Origin: Catajapyx aquilonaris
Taxonomy: Eukaryota
Direction of reading: 5' to 3'
Length of the DNA: 48,945 bases
Assembly (NCBI GenBank): GCA_000934665.2
Contig: KZ538161.1
Location: forward strand, 62,001-110,945
The notes under the pieces were generated by a model. The model did no database searches. It was given only the letters and a program-made list of their open reading frames with translations, and was not told where the DNA came from. Made by a program: the position numbers and the translations under genes. Positions 13,013-25,518 of this stretch are shown in pieces (within the stretch, counting starts at the first letter, position 1; the number at the start of each line of letters is the position of its first letter).

Positions 13013-14229
13013 ATTGCAGACGAAATTGTCAGCATGTGATGCAATGTTTCTGAGCACATACTTCACTCGAATAATTTTCTTTCATGTCCGGTCATACACA
13101 TCTGAATTCGGCCGTCAGTTGCAATGTGGAGCCAGCATCCAAATTAGCCTCCAAAAACCTCCACATCGCCGCGTTAATTCAGACACGACTATACAACAAA
13201 CCGACAGATTTTGTTGGGGAGATACGTTTTATATAAACCAGAGTCCTTGTGAAAAAAGAAGCAGTGTCACTCTATCTGACGAGTGAGCTCGAATTTTCAC
13301 GCCGCCTGCGTCTCAATATTTCCCGCATTATTTGGACTTCCTTTTTACATCGTCACATGTACAGTGTCGCAAAAGGCTGAGAGGACGCAAAGATGTCAAT
13401 GAGCTGCATTTGACAGCCTTTCAGGAGACTGAGGGAGAGTGGGGGAGAGAGATAAATGACGATGCCATCACGGCGATGTACAGTCAACACAGAATCAGCT
13501 CAAAGGGACACCGCTCAACCGAATGACCATTCAAGGCTCACTTTCAATTAGCTACAACTCATTCCCGGGTTGGATTTGAAAGCAGTGAAAAAAAAGCATC
13601 CAAATGGCTATTGCACTCGCAATGGACCAATAGAACAAGCCAGATATATAAAACTTCTGGGTAGCTTTTTGGCTATGTTGTGTCCTATATATACTGTTGC
13701 ATAATGGACGGTTGACTGATTTGGTCCATTTGTATATTTTGAGGGCCTTTGGCTGAAGTTGCCTGAGGTGGCGGCTGCCTGTGGCGCCTGGAGCTTGTTA
13801 CAGGGGTTAAATGGGGCGTAAGAGGCGGAAAGGGTGGGTGGGGGGTATATATACAGCAACAAAACGGGGGGGCTGCAAGGGGAAGATAGGCTCCGAGGTA
13901 AATTGATACCCCCCACAGCAACAGTTTTGGACAATAAAATGAAGAGAAGGGGGGGCATTGCTAACTGTTCCATATTTTTATGATGGATGTTCAGTCTTTT
14001 GTCTTGTTTTTCTCTCTCCCCCCTCTCGAGAAGTAAGCGGCCAGCGTGGTATAAATTTACCCTTGGGAGGCGGGATGGGGCAAGTATTGTTGGAGGGAGG
14101 GTTTCCCCAATGGAGCACTTAAATCCTCCTGATTTTGGCTTACCAGGATTCACCATTATGCGTGCAGAAAATTGAAATCGAGCCTCAAGTGAATGAACGT
14201 TCATTTATGTATAGCTGTATGTCTAACAA

Positions 14230-14392
14230 TTTGTGCGCTCCAGATGACCACCTTCCCTATATATAGATTCACGCGAAGATGATCATACGGAGGGATTATG
14301 TAGCTTCTAACAATTTTCACTCCGTATGACCACATTCACCTGAATCAAGGTAAGGTGGTCAACTGGTCATACGTAGGGCAAAATGTTTGACA
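14230..14392. mobile_element. Degenerate internal fragment of the Tc1-type MITE family
   Basis: Two decayed copies of the hairpin CTCCGGATGACCACCTTC...GAAGGTGGTCATACGGAGGG also seen near 35260, 38965 and 43335. Confidence 0.65.
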
Positions 14393-15827
14393 TACAGCTG
14401 CATATGATCTCATATGTCACAATCACTATGACTCACCCTGTACAGAGCATCAGGCTCCCGAATATTGTCATTAAAACATGTCGAATAAGACTCTCATCAT
14501 TCGCTAGCCAGCAGACTATAAGCGGAATAATTATGTTTACTTGGAAGAACACGTTAAAAAAAAGAAGGGGAAAGGAATAGAAAGGGGGGGGGGGGAGAAT
14601 TTTTAATTTCCTTCCCTCCATTTTCTTTTTTCTTTCTCTCTCTCCAATCTACAAAATCCTAAATGAAATCTCGTTCTTCGGAGATTTTGCTCATTCAAGT
14701 TCCACAAATTAATTGGGGAGAGGCTGAAAACTCTGTGGGGGCTCCCCCCAACTTTTTCTTCATGCAGTCTATTAGTGCCTATCGATTGTGAGACATTACG
14801 ATTTGCTTTGAGCAGCTAAACACGAATCGGTTTATAAGGAAAAATATGAGCCACTCTTATTGGGCTTGGTTTGGAATGAAAAAAAAAGTCTGCTTAACTT
14901 TGTAAAACTGATTTTAAAGCCTATATTTTTTGTTCCTGGATTTGTCGCAGTGGCTGGTATGGAATAAAACGGGCAGGCAACGGCCCCCCAAATCGCGGGC
15001 GGCCGTTTCCTGCATGAAAATGCAGGCCAGGCCAGGGGATTATCGCCGAGCGAAAATGAACACGATTGCCAACTTTGAAATGCAAATTGGGCGTCGTTGG
15101 AGGGGCCCACTGGGGCGCACCTAACTCGGATCAGCGCCGGACCCCCCCTACACACACCCTTCTTCCGTGTTAATGAGGAGAAGTTCCCCCCCCCCCCCCC
15201 CCCCCCCCANCCCCCAGCCTCTAACCCCCCCTATACTCTCTCTCTGCAGGAGATCCCTCTCTCAGACTTCCTTCCTTCTCTATCTCCCACTCCGGAACAA
15301 GGAGCAATATGCCCCGGAAAAAAGGGGGGTGGGGGAGAAAAGATATAGGAGGAAAAAGAGGGGTGTCCTCTCAACTGAAAGAGAGCTCCGGAAGTTGGAT
15401 GGATGAGATGATCGCACCATGTTGCCCCATCACCTAATCCGTATTGTGCTGCCTTTCTGATCAGGGCAGCAGCTATGTATGGGGGAGATAGCTTCGACTG
15501 AAGGGTCATGACCGGCATGGGAGAGTTTCCCCTTCTTGTCTGAATGTCGTGTAGGGGCCAGGGCGTGACTCGTGTCATTATTTGGTGCGAATTAACATGT
15601 GCTAATGGAAGTCGAAGGATAAGGCGGTGCCAATTAATGGATTTTAAAAATAATATATAGGAACTTATGAGCTTGGTCCTCAAAACAAGCCCAGCATGTT
15701 CAAAAGCAAGTTTAAAAACAAGCATATTCAAAACAAGACTAGCGTGGTTACCACGTGTTGCATGATTACAACGGTCTTAGTAGTCATGTGTACGAGTATT
15801 TGTTGATCCATATATTGATGTTCTAAA

Positions 15828-16371
15828 GACTATCCGCAAGGAAAGTTAGGTTAGGTTGGTACAGCGTACCACTTAGGATATGGGCTGTATCCGCTGAAGA
15901 TATGGCTGTATCCGCTGAAGATAGGGCCAGGGAGCATATACTACATAAGAGGCGCAAACATTCGATTTTCGCGTATCTCTGTTTGGGGCGTTGCCAAGGC
16001 TGGCGGCCATTTTGAAGTGTGGGGAACGCCAACGAGGTATAAATAGGGTACAGGCAAAAATAGGGTCCCCATCTTTGATTCCGCGCGTGTTCTTGCACGT
16101 GTAGTTGCCATGGCCGCCAAAACCATCAAAGATGGCGGACCCTATTTTTGCCTGTACCCTATTTATACCTCGTTGGCGTTCCCCACACTTCAAGATGGCC
16201 GCCAGCCTTGGCAACGACCCCAAACAAAGAGACGCGAACATCAAAGGCGCCGACAGAAGTTTGCGCCTCTTACACTATGTAGTATAATTATGTTCCCTGA
16301 TAGGGCTGTATTCGCTGAAGATAGGGATGTATTCGCTGACGACAGGGTTGTATCCGCTGAAGATAGGGCCG
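15828..16371. repeat. 21-bp minisatellite (GGGCTGTATCCGCTGAAGATA), split by a MITE
   Basis: About 2 units at 15880-15927 and about 3 at 16300-16369. The same unit occurs in reverse orientation at ~35117-35208, with a shared TATCCGCAAGGAA...AGGTTA variant. Confidence 0.85.
15928..16299. mobile_element. Foldback MITE, 372 bp, CAGGG...CCCTG ends (hAT-like)
   Basis: Arms of ~150-175 bp are reverse complements, with a long perfect stretch (TGAAGTGTGGGGAACGCCAACGAGGTATAAATAGGGTACAGGCAAAAATAGGGTCC). ATAGGGC is duplicated at 15921-15927 and 16300-16306. Confidence 0.85.
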
Positions 16372-18635
16372 TTCTAACGACTAGTCGTGATTTTTGCTCA
16401 CGTCTGTTCCGATCCCCAAACACAACATGGTGGCAGCGGTGGGATCCCAGCAGGATAATTAGAAATCCTGTCTTTTCCACAAGACGTGTGTGTCGCACTA
16501 ATTCAGCTTCCATCCAAACTTCGCAACAGAGTCACATAACCACATTTTGTTGAATTTACATGTGATGGAAAGTATCGATTTGCAACCGAATGGAGGTTTT
16601 TGGGTGGGGCTGGAGGTTTACACGCTGGTCTCCCCCCCACCCCCCGGAAAATATTTTCCATGAACCCCCAAAGCTTTGGAAGAGAATCATCATCAGCAGC
16701 CATTACAAGAGTTGGCGGGTCGTTTATCAGCCAGTTGTGCGAAAAACTAGGAGACGGCACACACACACACCAAAAAAAAGTTAGAGAAAGGGCCATCCGT
16801 CAAGCAGGCCGTCTGGAAGATGAGATGATGAATGAAGAGCAGATGAGGATGATTCAAGTCTTTTGTCTCCTTGTCTAATTAACGGGAGGGAGATCCCCCC
16901 CCCCCTTCTCAGGAAGGAAGCTGGCCCTTCTGGAGAGTTGCTGGGTTGCTAGGGGAGGTATATATGGAGGGGGCACAAAAGGCCCGTCAGCGGAACCAAC
17001 AGCTTCTCTGCGTCGTCGAGCACCACTGGCGCTGGGATCCCTCAGAGGATAATAATAAAAAGGGACCTTAGTGGTCTAATGGTTGCGTGATAGAACATCT
17101 TTTAGATTCTTGCGTGGGTGAACTATACGATAGTTTTGCAAATATCCAGCTCAGAGGTCAACTGGTCATTATTCAGAAGCATGCAGCAGCAGCTTTTCCT
17201 TTCAATAGCCGCAGTTTCCCCCCCTTCCCAAAAGCCTTGATTGTGAGGCACCCCTCGATTATTGGTCGGCTACTCCAGGGGCCATTCAGGAGTCAACTTG
17301 TCATCTGAGCTCATTGACTGTTGCCAATTGAGACGACAGAATTGTGTCCTCCCCTAGATGATACTGGATGCTCTTTGATCTGGCCTTTCCCAGTGATTGA
17401 CACGCGGTGGTCTATTAGGCAAATGGACCGATCAGGATGGACCTTTTGCGGCGACAGAAATTTCGAGGGTTTTAATTGGAGTTAGAGGCTCATTCCACTT
17501 ACATGCGGTTACCTTGCGAATCTAATCCTGGAGGGCGGATAACCACGGATGCTACGAACCATGCTTAAATATATCTGTATTGCTGGATATGTGCGGGGTA
17601 AAAGTTGGTGCACCAGCTATGTGGAGGTTAAAACGAAGTGGCGGAGCGATGTTTCTGACAGGACCAACCCTCTAGTTTTGAGTCAGCGAAATGGGCCTCC
17701 GGGTCTTTATCCCGCCTTTGATTATGCGGCATGAATGGTCGGAAATGAAGCTGGGGAAAGTTGAGGGCGCCGCAGTTTGTGATACCCACAGCAGTACAGC
17801 CCTTAGCACACCTTGCAAAATTTTAGATATACTGGAAATCAAAATTTTGATGACCACAAAATGTTGGTTGCAAAGCTTGTTCTTAGGTGGAAGAGTACAT
17901 TTGTGTCATACTCCTAGATATTAATTTATAGAAATAAATAATTTGATGTACCGAGCAAGTTTGTACACTCAGCGACAAGCTAACCAGGACGCGTCCCATT
18001 GTCCCAGTCCATTCTGGATTAAGGACAGGCTCCAGGCTCAATTACAGCTCGAGGTACCATGGCAGTTTGTTCCTTGGACCGGAAGCGATTGCACCATTGC
18101 CGTAATTTCCAAGTCCAGAGAGAGGGGACAGCATGGAGGAGGGACGGGGCGGGGGGACACTCAACATATATAGTTGGGGGAGAGGACGCAGTGACCGCGT
18201 CATATTCAGCATTTGCATATTGGACGTTCTCAGAAGAATCCGCCGCCTCCTCTTGAAACGGGACAAAAGCACTGTCCGAAAAATTTTAGGCCAAAAAAAA
18301 GTGGGTGCTATCAGTCAAAGTGAATTGGAAATGGGAAGGGAGAACTTTGAGATGACATACGGCTGGCATAGGATGAAAGAGTAATGGCTGGCAAATTTGC
18401 AGTGGGCAGTTGAGGAGCATGTGAGGCAGCAAGTGGAGAGGCAGGTCACAAAAAGGGGGCCCTGTGGTTGTGCAGGACATTTGGAGAGACTAGAGACCGA
18501 GAGAGCAGGAGGAGGAAAAAAAAAAACTCCCTGATAAGCTGCTTCTGGACCAGAATTAGATAGAATGGCCGTGTTTTTGGGTGGACCAGCTCTTAAGTTA
18601 GGAATTAGGGAGATCAGGCGGTTATAATCTAGAAT

Positions 18636-18886
18636 TTTAGATTTTTTTCTCACCAAAAGAAGGATTATAGAACAGATATCCGTCCGTCTGTCTGTGGACA
18701 GGTATCAGGGGCTAAACCGCAAGAGATAGCGACAAACGGTTATCGGATTCGCATTCAGCGTGATCAAAAAAGGTTCCATGGTCAACTTTCGGTGACCCAC
18801 CCCTTCTGGTTTTCCGGGTTCACTCCATTCGCCAAGGTCAATTTACAGGGCGATGTTTGTCGCGAGCGTGATTTGCCAATCTTGTT
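18636..18886 (+). mobile_element. DINE-1/Helentron-like element, copy 2 (internally deleted)
   Basis: CCGTCCGTCTGTCTGTGGACAGGTATCAGGGGCTAAACCGCAAGAGATAGCGACAAAC; ends GTGATTTGCCAATCTTGTT. Confidence 0.78.
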
Positions 18887-19747
18887 TTTAGACTTGAATT
18901 TAACCTGCTGAGCTTGTAACTATGACAAACCAACACTAATAATTGTTGCCAGTTCCTCCCATGTTCTGGCGGCACCGCCTTCGTTACCACTAATGATCAG
19001 TTCATTGAATGCAAGTGCACTTTACAGCCATATATAAATTGGATTCTTATATTTTCCCCTCACATCCAGTGAGTCTGCCGCAAGTGGCCGGTTAGAGACG
19101 AGGCCGATCAGCGTGTCTCCTTTGTCCCCAAAGGCCATCATGCCCAGCTAGGGGTGCATTGGATCGAAAGGGCAGGGGAGAGATATTCCATTCCAGCGAT
19201 AATTAGGGGACGTGCGCGTGTACTCCTTCACTCTGTACTCTCTTTTTTTTGTGGAGGGACGACTAAAGGGTAGTTGGGTTAGAGGGTTTGGAATCTAGAG
19301 ATGCGTGGTAGAGGTCGGCGGTGCCCTTCTGAAGCACTGGCTTTTGGCTTTCCCCTCGCTCGCTCTCTGTCGCCCGCAATTACTGGAGCCTACTTGGCAC
19401 GACAGCAATTGCCGACAAATTAGGCAGGGACCATGGCAAAAGGGAGGCAGGGGATAGAAGGGGGAATTGGGTTGGCTGCTGCTGGGAGGAGGAGGAGGAG
19501 GAGGAAGAAGAAGGAGGAAGCAGGGATGAGTCTGGAATAACGTGTCTCATCAGTCTGGTCGAAATTGTTGCGGATTCAGGATGTTCCAATATATCCCTGA
19601 TGTTGGGTGGATCTCATTTTATAACCATGTGTATGTTCTCATTTTGAAATAGCAGTGTTCATAAATTTTCGGCAGTCGGGGTTGTTCATTATTGGAGGCA
19701 TCTCTTCTTTATTTCTATGATACAACATATTAATAATAATTTATTGA

Positions 19748-20406
19748 GAAGAAATTTTTTACTGTATGCAACCTGGCAACTGAGATGGCTACAATCAATT
19801 TTGAAAGAAGCCAAACTATAGTCAATAAATGATCAAAAAACAGCCAAGTCCACCTTTGGGGAGTACGTGCATCAATCATGTATTTTAATGTCGCTGTATT
19901 AATTGCATATTTACGTGTGTAGCTGAGTTGCAGCAACATATGGGTGTAAAAAGTTCCAAGATTGTACCAGTAATCATCAGTTTTTGCTCATATTACGACC
20001 GGTTTTTCCAAGTAGACTTGGCTATTTTTGATCTCAGACCCCCTCATAATGAAAGCATGCAATTTGTGGGGTAATAATATTAAGTTATCTGCTTGAAATT
20101 GTGTAATTATGTACCAAACTGTTTGGAGATCAAAAACGGCTAAGTCCACTTCGAAAAACTGGCCGTAAAATTAGCAAAAATGTATGATTACTTAACTTTA
20201 ACTGCTACAATACTGAAACCTTTTACGTATATATTATGTGGCCACAGCTCAGCTACATATGAAAATGGGAAATTAATACCAAATGACTTTAAAATACAAA
20301 ATTGCTGCACGTATTTGTGTCACACCCCCCAAAAATGGACTTAGCCGTTTTGATCCATTTTGTTACATTCCACACTATGTCATATTACATACAATGAATT
20401 TTTTTT
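19748..20406. mobile_element. Old ~660-bp foldback element
   Basis: ~19830-20035 is a degenerate reverse complement of ~20126-20356. The motif GATCAAAAACGGCTAAGTCCAC occurs four times in alternating orientation. Confidence 0.75.
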
Positions 20407-23400
20407 GGATTAGATTCAAACTCTTGATAGATCCAGTGCGGTACGAGAGGGCATAAAGATATATGCACACAAAAGTTCATTAAATATTGTTACGTGAAGC
20501 GTTATTAGTGTCGATTCAACAAACGTCGAAAATTTGCTGAAAATTATCCAACCGCTTTGTTATTTTAGGACTTAACATTTGCCGACTTTTCCCAGCCAGA
20601 ACCAAAACTATGGAGTCCGGAAACGAAATCAAAATATGAAAAGTATTGTGAAAATCACTGCTATTATTTCCAGGCCCATAAGCATTTGGCAAAGCACAGC
20701 AAAGTTTTGAGTGCTAACAGAAATCCAACTGCTGTTTTGGCCCCCCCAAAAAATCGGTGGGTGGGGGAATATATCCAGCACTGCATGCATCCAGGAACAG
20801 CATGTGCTGTAAGAGGATGATAAAATAATTTCATAAAAGTGTAATTATGTTAGACCATGGGCACTTGCTCAGTGCGGCTGAAAGGAAAACATGCAGCAAA
20901 ACCAATCTGGAATAATGCCGAGCGCAATGTTTGACCGTTGGGCTGCCAAAAGGACCGTGACGCATTGTTTGCCAAAGAGGGATTCGGATGACTAAAAGCA
21001 TTATTTCCCTTTTGTTCTTCAATGGGCTGCAAAATAGATCAATGCTACATACGCTAGACTGGCTGTGATGTCGGCCAACTGTGCAGATCCGGAAATTATT
21101 GTGTTATAGGACTAAAGAGAGGCTATCGAATCCGATCCCTGCATAATGCAGATCCTATAGATTAAGGACAATCCTGGGGAAGTGCAGCTGTGCAGAGTTA
21201 TCGAGGGATGATGGGATATTGTGGCCGAAAAAAAAGTAGCAAAAATTTTTTTTTTTACCGCTTCGCAAAAATGAAACGCAGCCATAATACCACACCCCAG
21301 TGATAGTGCAAGTTGTAAGTGGTTAGTAACCTAAGTGGGATTTGTTACGTGCCACTTTGTGCGACTCGTGTTAATTAAACCTATAAGGTGAGCTGGGGTT
21401 GGTTGCAGCTAATTTTTTTTTTTGAGGGGGTGGGAAAGGGCGCATAAATTGGGCGCAGCTTTTCGAGGTTATTTTCAGCTGCGACCAGATGACTGTAGAA
21501 TACCTGGGTAATTTTGGTCTTGTAACAGTTTTAAGCTTATTTGCTTACCCCCATGAAAATTAAAGTCGATTTTCTCCAGTGCCGATTAGCTATATTTTAT
21601 CCTCGTATTTAGACTTCCCGTTAAACAAGAGAGACGCTTGGGTGGCCCTGAAAAGTCAGGATAAATGTAGAGTTAATATTGCAAACACATGAAGAGTTTA
21701 TGGTTATTTTATTAATTAATTTTGAACCCCATGATCACTCTGGGCTTATAACATACCAGATCAAATCCTGAATTTTGGGTATTTAGCGTCAAAAAATGCG
21801 ATTTTTTGACTTTTCCCTCAACCAGAGGTATACGTATAAGGCAGTGCCAAGTTTCAGTACTCTTAGTAGTCCGAAAGTGGGTTAGTTAGCCCATATATAC
21901 AAACTGCTTTATTATGTAACGATCCTGAAAAATAATTTTGTCATAATTTTGTCAGAAATAATTTTAAAAAAATTAAAATGCAGATTTTGAAGACTCGTTA
22001 TTTCGCACATTTTTTTTGCACCCATTCGTGGTGAACAAAATGGCCACACACCTGTGTGAAAAAATATTGACGCGATACAGCCGCGTCTGCAGTGCATCAT
22101 TTGGCAGAAAAAAACCCGCATCAAGCTTATGCCACATAATTAACCGATTCTGTCAGCACTGCAGATGCCCCATTATTAGTCTCGACACCAGAATTGACAC
22201 CAATAGAGACAAAGGGGTGTCTCATAACCTATTTTGTATTATGTTGGGAGGTGTTGCTTTCTTATAAGAAAAATCCAGGTGTGACAATTGGGTCTGTGTA
22301 TAGATCCCCCATTAAAGCTAGATGTTGCGGTGGACAAAGCGTGCGTTGCGGTGGAAATCGAGACCTTTTGCACTCCCTTGGACAGTCCCTGAGGGGGGGA
22401 CACCTGCCGGGGGTCCTTTTGTGGGGCTTGAAAGTGCCCAGATCCTTGCCTGATTACCTGGCGGATTCTTCCTCCTCACACAGAAACATCACCCTTCGAG
22501 TAGAAGGTGGGTTTCTAAGTGATGCACCGGCTTAAAAACCTCACTTCTTATCGCGTTTCAAACCCTGCAGAGAGAGAAGGTCCTGGAGATTGAGGCAATG
22601 GATTCCTGTGTTCCTGTGGGTGCAACGGGATTAGGATAGGAGGATTTTCTCTCCCGGAGCGGCGGAAGCCACATGGGTTTTTAGAAATGGCTGCCCGCTA
22701 TCTCCTTCTTGTGTTGTTGCCTCAGGTAGAGGAATGAGAAGTTGGAAAANTATTTGTCCGGATTTTTTTTTTTTCGAGTATAATCCTCCAGGTTGTGGGG
22801 GTGAAACAAACGTGTTTCGGGGCGGCGGACTTTCTTTTGCTGTGGAGAAAAGGGACAAGGCGCCTTCCAAATCTGGGAGGCATTGTCGGTTTTTGAGAGG
22901 TTGGCGGCTGCATTCCCGAGCGGCTATCAAGAGAAGTTGGAAGGGGCGAAGAGGTGATCGGGGGGAGGGGTTTTGTAAGTTGATCCGGACGGATTTTATA
23001 TCCGGGGGAATGGAGTTGACACGTTTGTGGACCTGCATAATAAATGTCCGTTTGCTTCATCGGCGCAGGAACAATAGGGGTGAGATGATGAAGGTGAACT
23101 GCAAAAGGATGTCAAAACTGCTTCTTTGAATGTACGTAAACAGTTTAGTTAATTCAATGTGCAATAATAAGGTAGGGGATATCGCAGACACATAATTATT
23201 TTTAAAATATTAACGATCAGAAATTATTTTAGAGTTTTGATGCGCTTACCAATAGGGAGCCACCAAAACATTACAGCATATTATTCAAAGCTTGCATTTG
23301 AAGCACATTACCTCTATTACGAGGTTGTAGATATAAACTGACACCTTCATACCTCACAGCATGAACTTCTATGGCATCCAGGAGTGTATCGTCGGAGTTT

Positions 23401-25353
23401 TTCTGCCCAGTCTTTCACTAAAACCCTGCATATAGGTCCATGCAACACTGTATTGGGCGGGCAAAAACATGGATAATATTAACGCATGATGCTGCAAATA
23501 AATCATCAGGCACTTGTTTGTTGGTCAACAAAAAGGATGTCGGACAGCAATAAGCCTGTGTGGATTTATACGTAAAGGGAAGCTATTACGCCGCAGTTTT
23601 GTTGAGCGGAGAATAATATCAGGCAATATAACTCAGTGTATTTCACAACTAATTAGTTAACATTTACCCACTTTCAGTGAATTAATTTAATTTATTATAG
23701 GCAAAATTCGCGCATTGTGTTTAAAATTAAGTTTGGAGGTACACAGGTTTATAATCCCGATTAAAACAAGTTGCATTATAATCATATTGCATTTTATTGG
23801 AAAAAGTTATTCAAATACTGTATGTTCAAAACACTAACATAAAGGGATTAGCAAGTTGCGCTTTTTATTTGTTGTTTCTGATGTATAATCTGCTTTTACA
23901 TCCGGATAAGGTAAAATAGACAATTCCGGGCTTTAAAATAATATGGTAACAAAATATATTACGTCGTCTGAATAAACAAGAAAATAATACACTTCTTTGG
24001 TGCGCCCTTGCTTATGACACAATAAAATAATGATCGATGGAATAACCGCGGAAGCTTCCGGGTTTCTTCATGTCCCATTTTTTACGCATTCTGCAAATTA
24101 CTATATGTTCATGTAATTATTACCTCTGTGCCTGTAATGCGACAACATTTCCCTCTGTTTAGCAGCACGTGCGCACCTGATCCCCAGCAAGCTCCATCGC
24201 CATTTCGTTCCAAGCACCGTACGATTTGATTACTCCACCACCTGCTTTAAACGCAGGTTAAATGACCCTAACGCTGAATAGAAATGATCCCCGCAAGTAA
24301 TTGATCGACCTACACACACTTACGCACAGGAACTGAAGCGATAACCCGCACAAATAATCTTTGGCTGCGGCGTCCACCATTTAGCCCACGGTTGAATGTC
24401 CATCCAGCCAAGCTCTCTCTTCTCTCTCTCTCTCTCATGAAGTAATTTAGTAAATGAAATTGCGATTGCTGCATGTTGCCCATTGAATGCCCATCGAACT
24501 TTGTTTACCGACACAGTTTGCCCAGCTTGAATACACAGGCTGGGTTTACCCAAGGGCTGCGAGTGGAGCGCCAAGGTGGCCAGGGGAAGCTGCGGGGGAT
24601 ATTGGCTGGATCCCCCCCGACCAACCCCGACAGCATTGTGATTGCCGCTCCATCTGGCTACCTTGAATATCACATATGCGTAATAATAACCCGCACTTGG
24701 TCTTATCTATATTACTGGACGAGGTGTGTTCAAAACCCTCATCCAGCACATAGCAAAAACCAGAGATAAAATGCACTTGTTTTTGTGAGTCACTGCTAGT
24801 GGCATGCTGCTGGTGGGGGACATAAAAGTGCAGTTGACACAAACAAATGTTGTTTTGAATATGTTGTGCAATGAGACTCCCCATCTTCTTACTGGGTGGG
24901 TGGGTGGGTATAGATTTTGTACCCCCCACCTCCCCCCAGCACCATCCTCTTCCTCTCTCTCTGGAAGCCTGGCTTTATCCAGGGCTGGCGGGGGCTTCGC
25001 CTCGCCTGGCTGATCAATACCGTTTCAATAATCCGGCCGTAATGAATCAACACAGTTTTCACGCGATAATGCAACGCGCTGGGCTGGAGCTAATGCCGAA
25101 ATTAGATTTTAATTGCATTTCTTTGGACGGAGGGCGTTTTCCAGTGGAGTGGATCTGCAGCGCGGGGGCGCCAATTAGAGAAATTATGCGTGAGAGGCTG
25201 GGGCTTGCCTACCGGAGCGCCTCTTGTCAAGTAGCTCTCAGGCCTGCCTTTGTTGCGGATGGTGGGGGGAGAGAGAGGGGGGATGGAAAATTATATAGAA
25301 TATAGTCACAGCAATATTTATAATATATAAAGCAGGTGGATTTATGCCTAGCA

Positions 25354-25518
25354 ATTTTTATCAACAAATCCTGGACACGACACCATTTTATCAACAACTC
25401 CTGGTAACTGTGTGCCACGTTATCAACAACTGGTAACTGTGTGCCACGTTATCAACAACTGGTAACTGTGCACTATTTTCATCAACATAACAGTGCACCA
25501 TTTCATCAACAACTCCTG
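25354..25518. repeat. ~29-bp minisatellite
   Basis: TTATCAACAACTGGTAACTGTGTGCCACG-like unit repeated about 5-6 times. Confidence 0.9.

Noticed and set aside
15823..16553. ORFs with repeated peptides (SSADT, LQRIQPY) also seen at 34941-35363
   Set aside because: These are translations of the 21-bp minisatellite and the palindromic MITE, not proteins.
17062..17120. A-box-like TGGTCTAATGG
   Set aside because: No downstream B box or cloverleaf.
25354..25518. CRISPR-like ~29-bp repeats
   Set aside because: The repeats are directly tandem with no unique spacers, there are no cas genes, and the context is eukaryotic.
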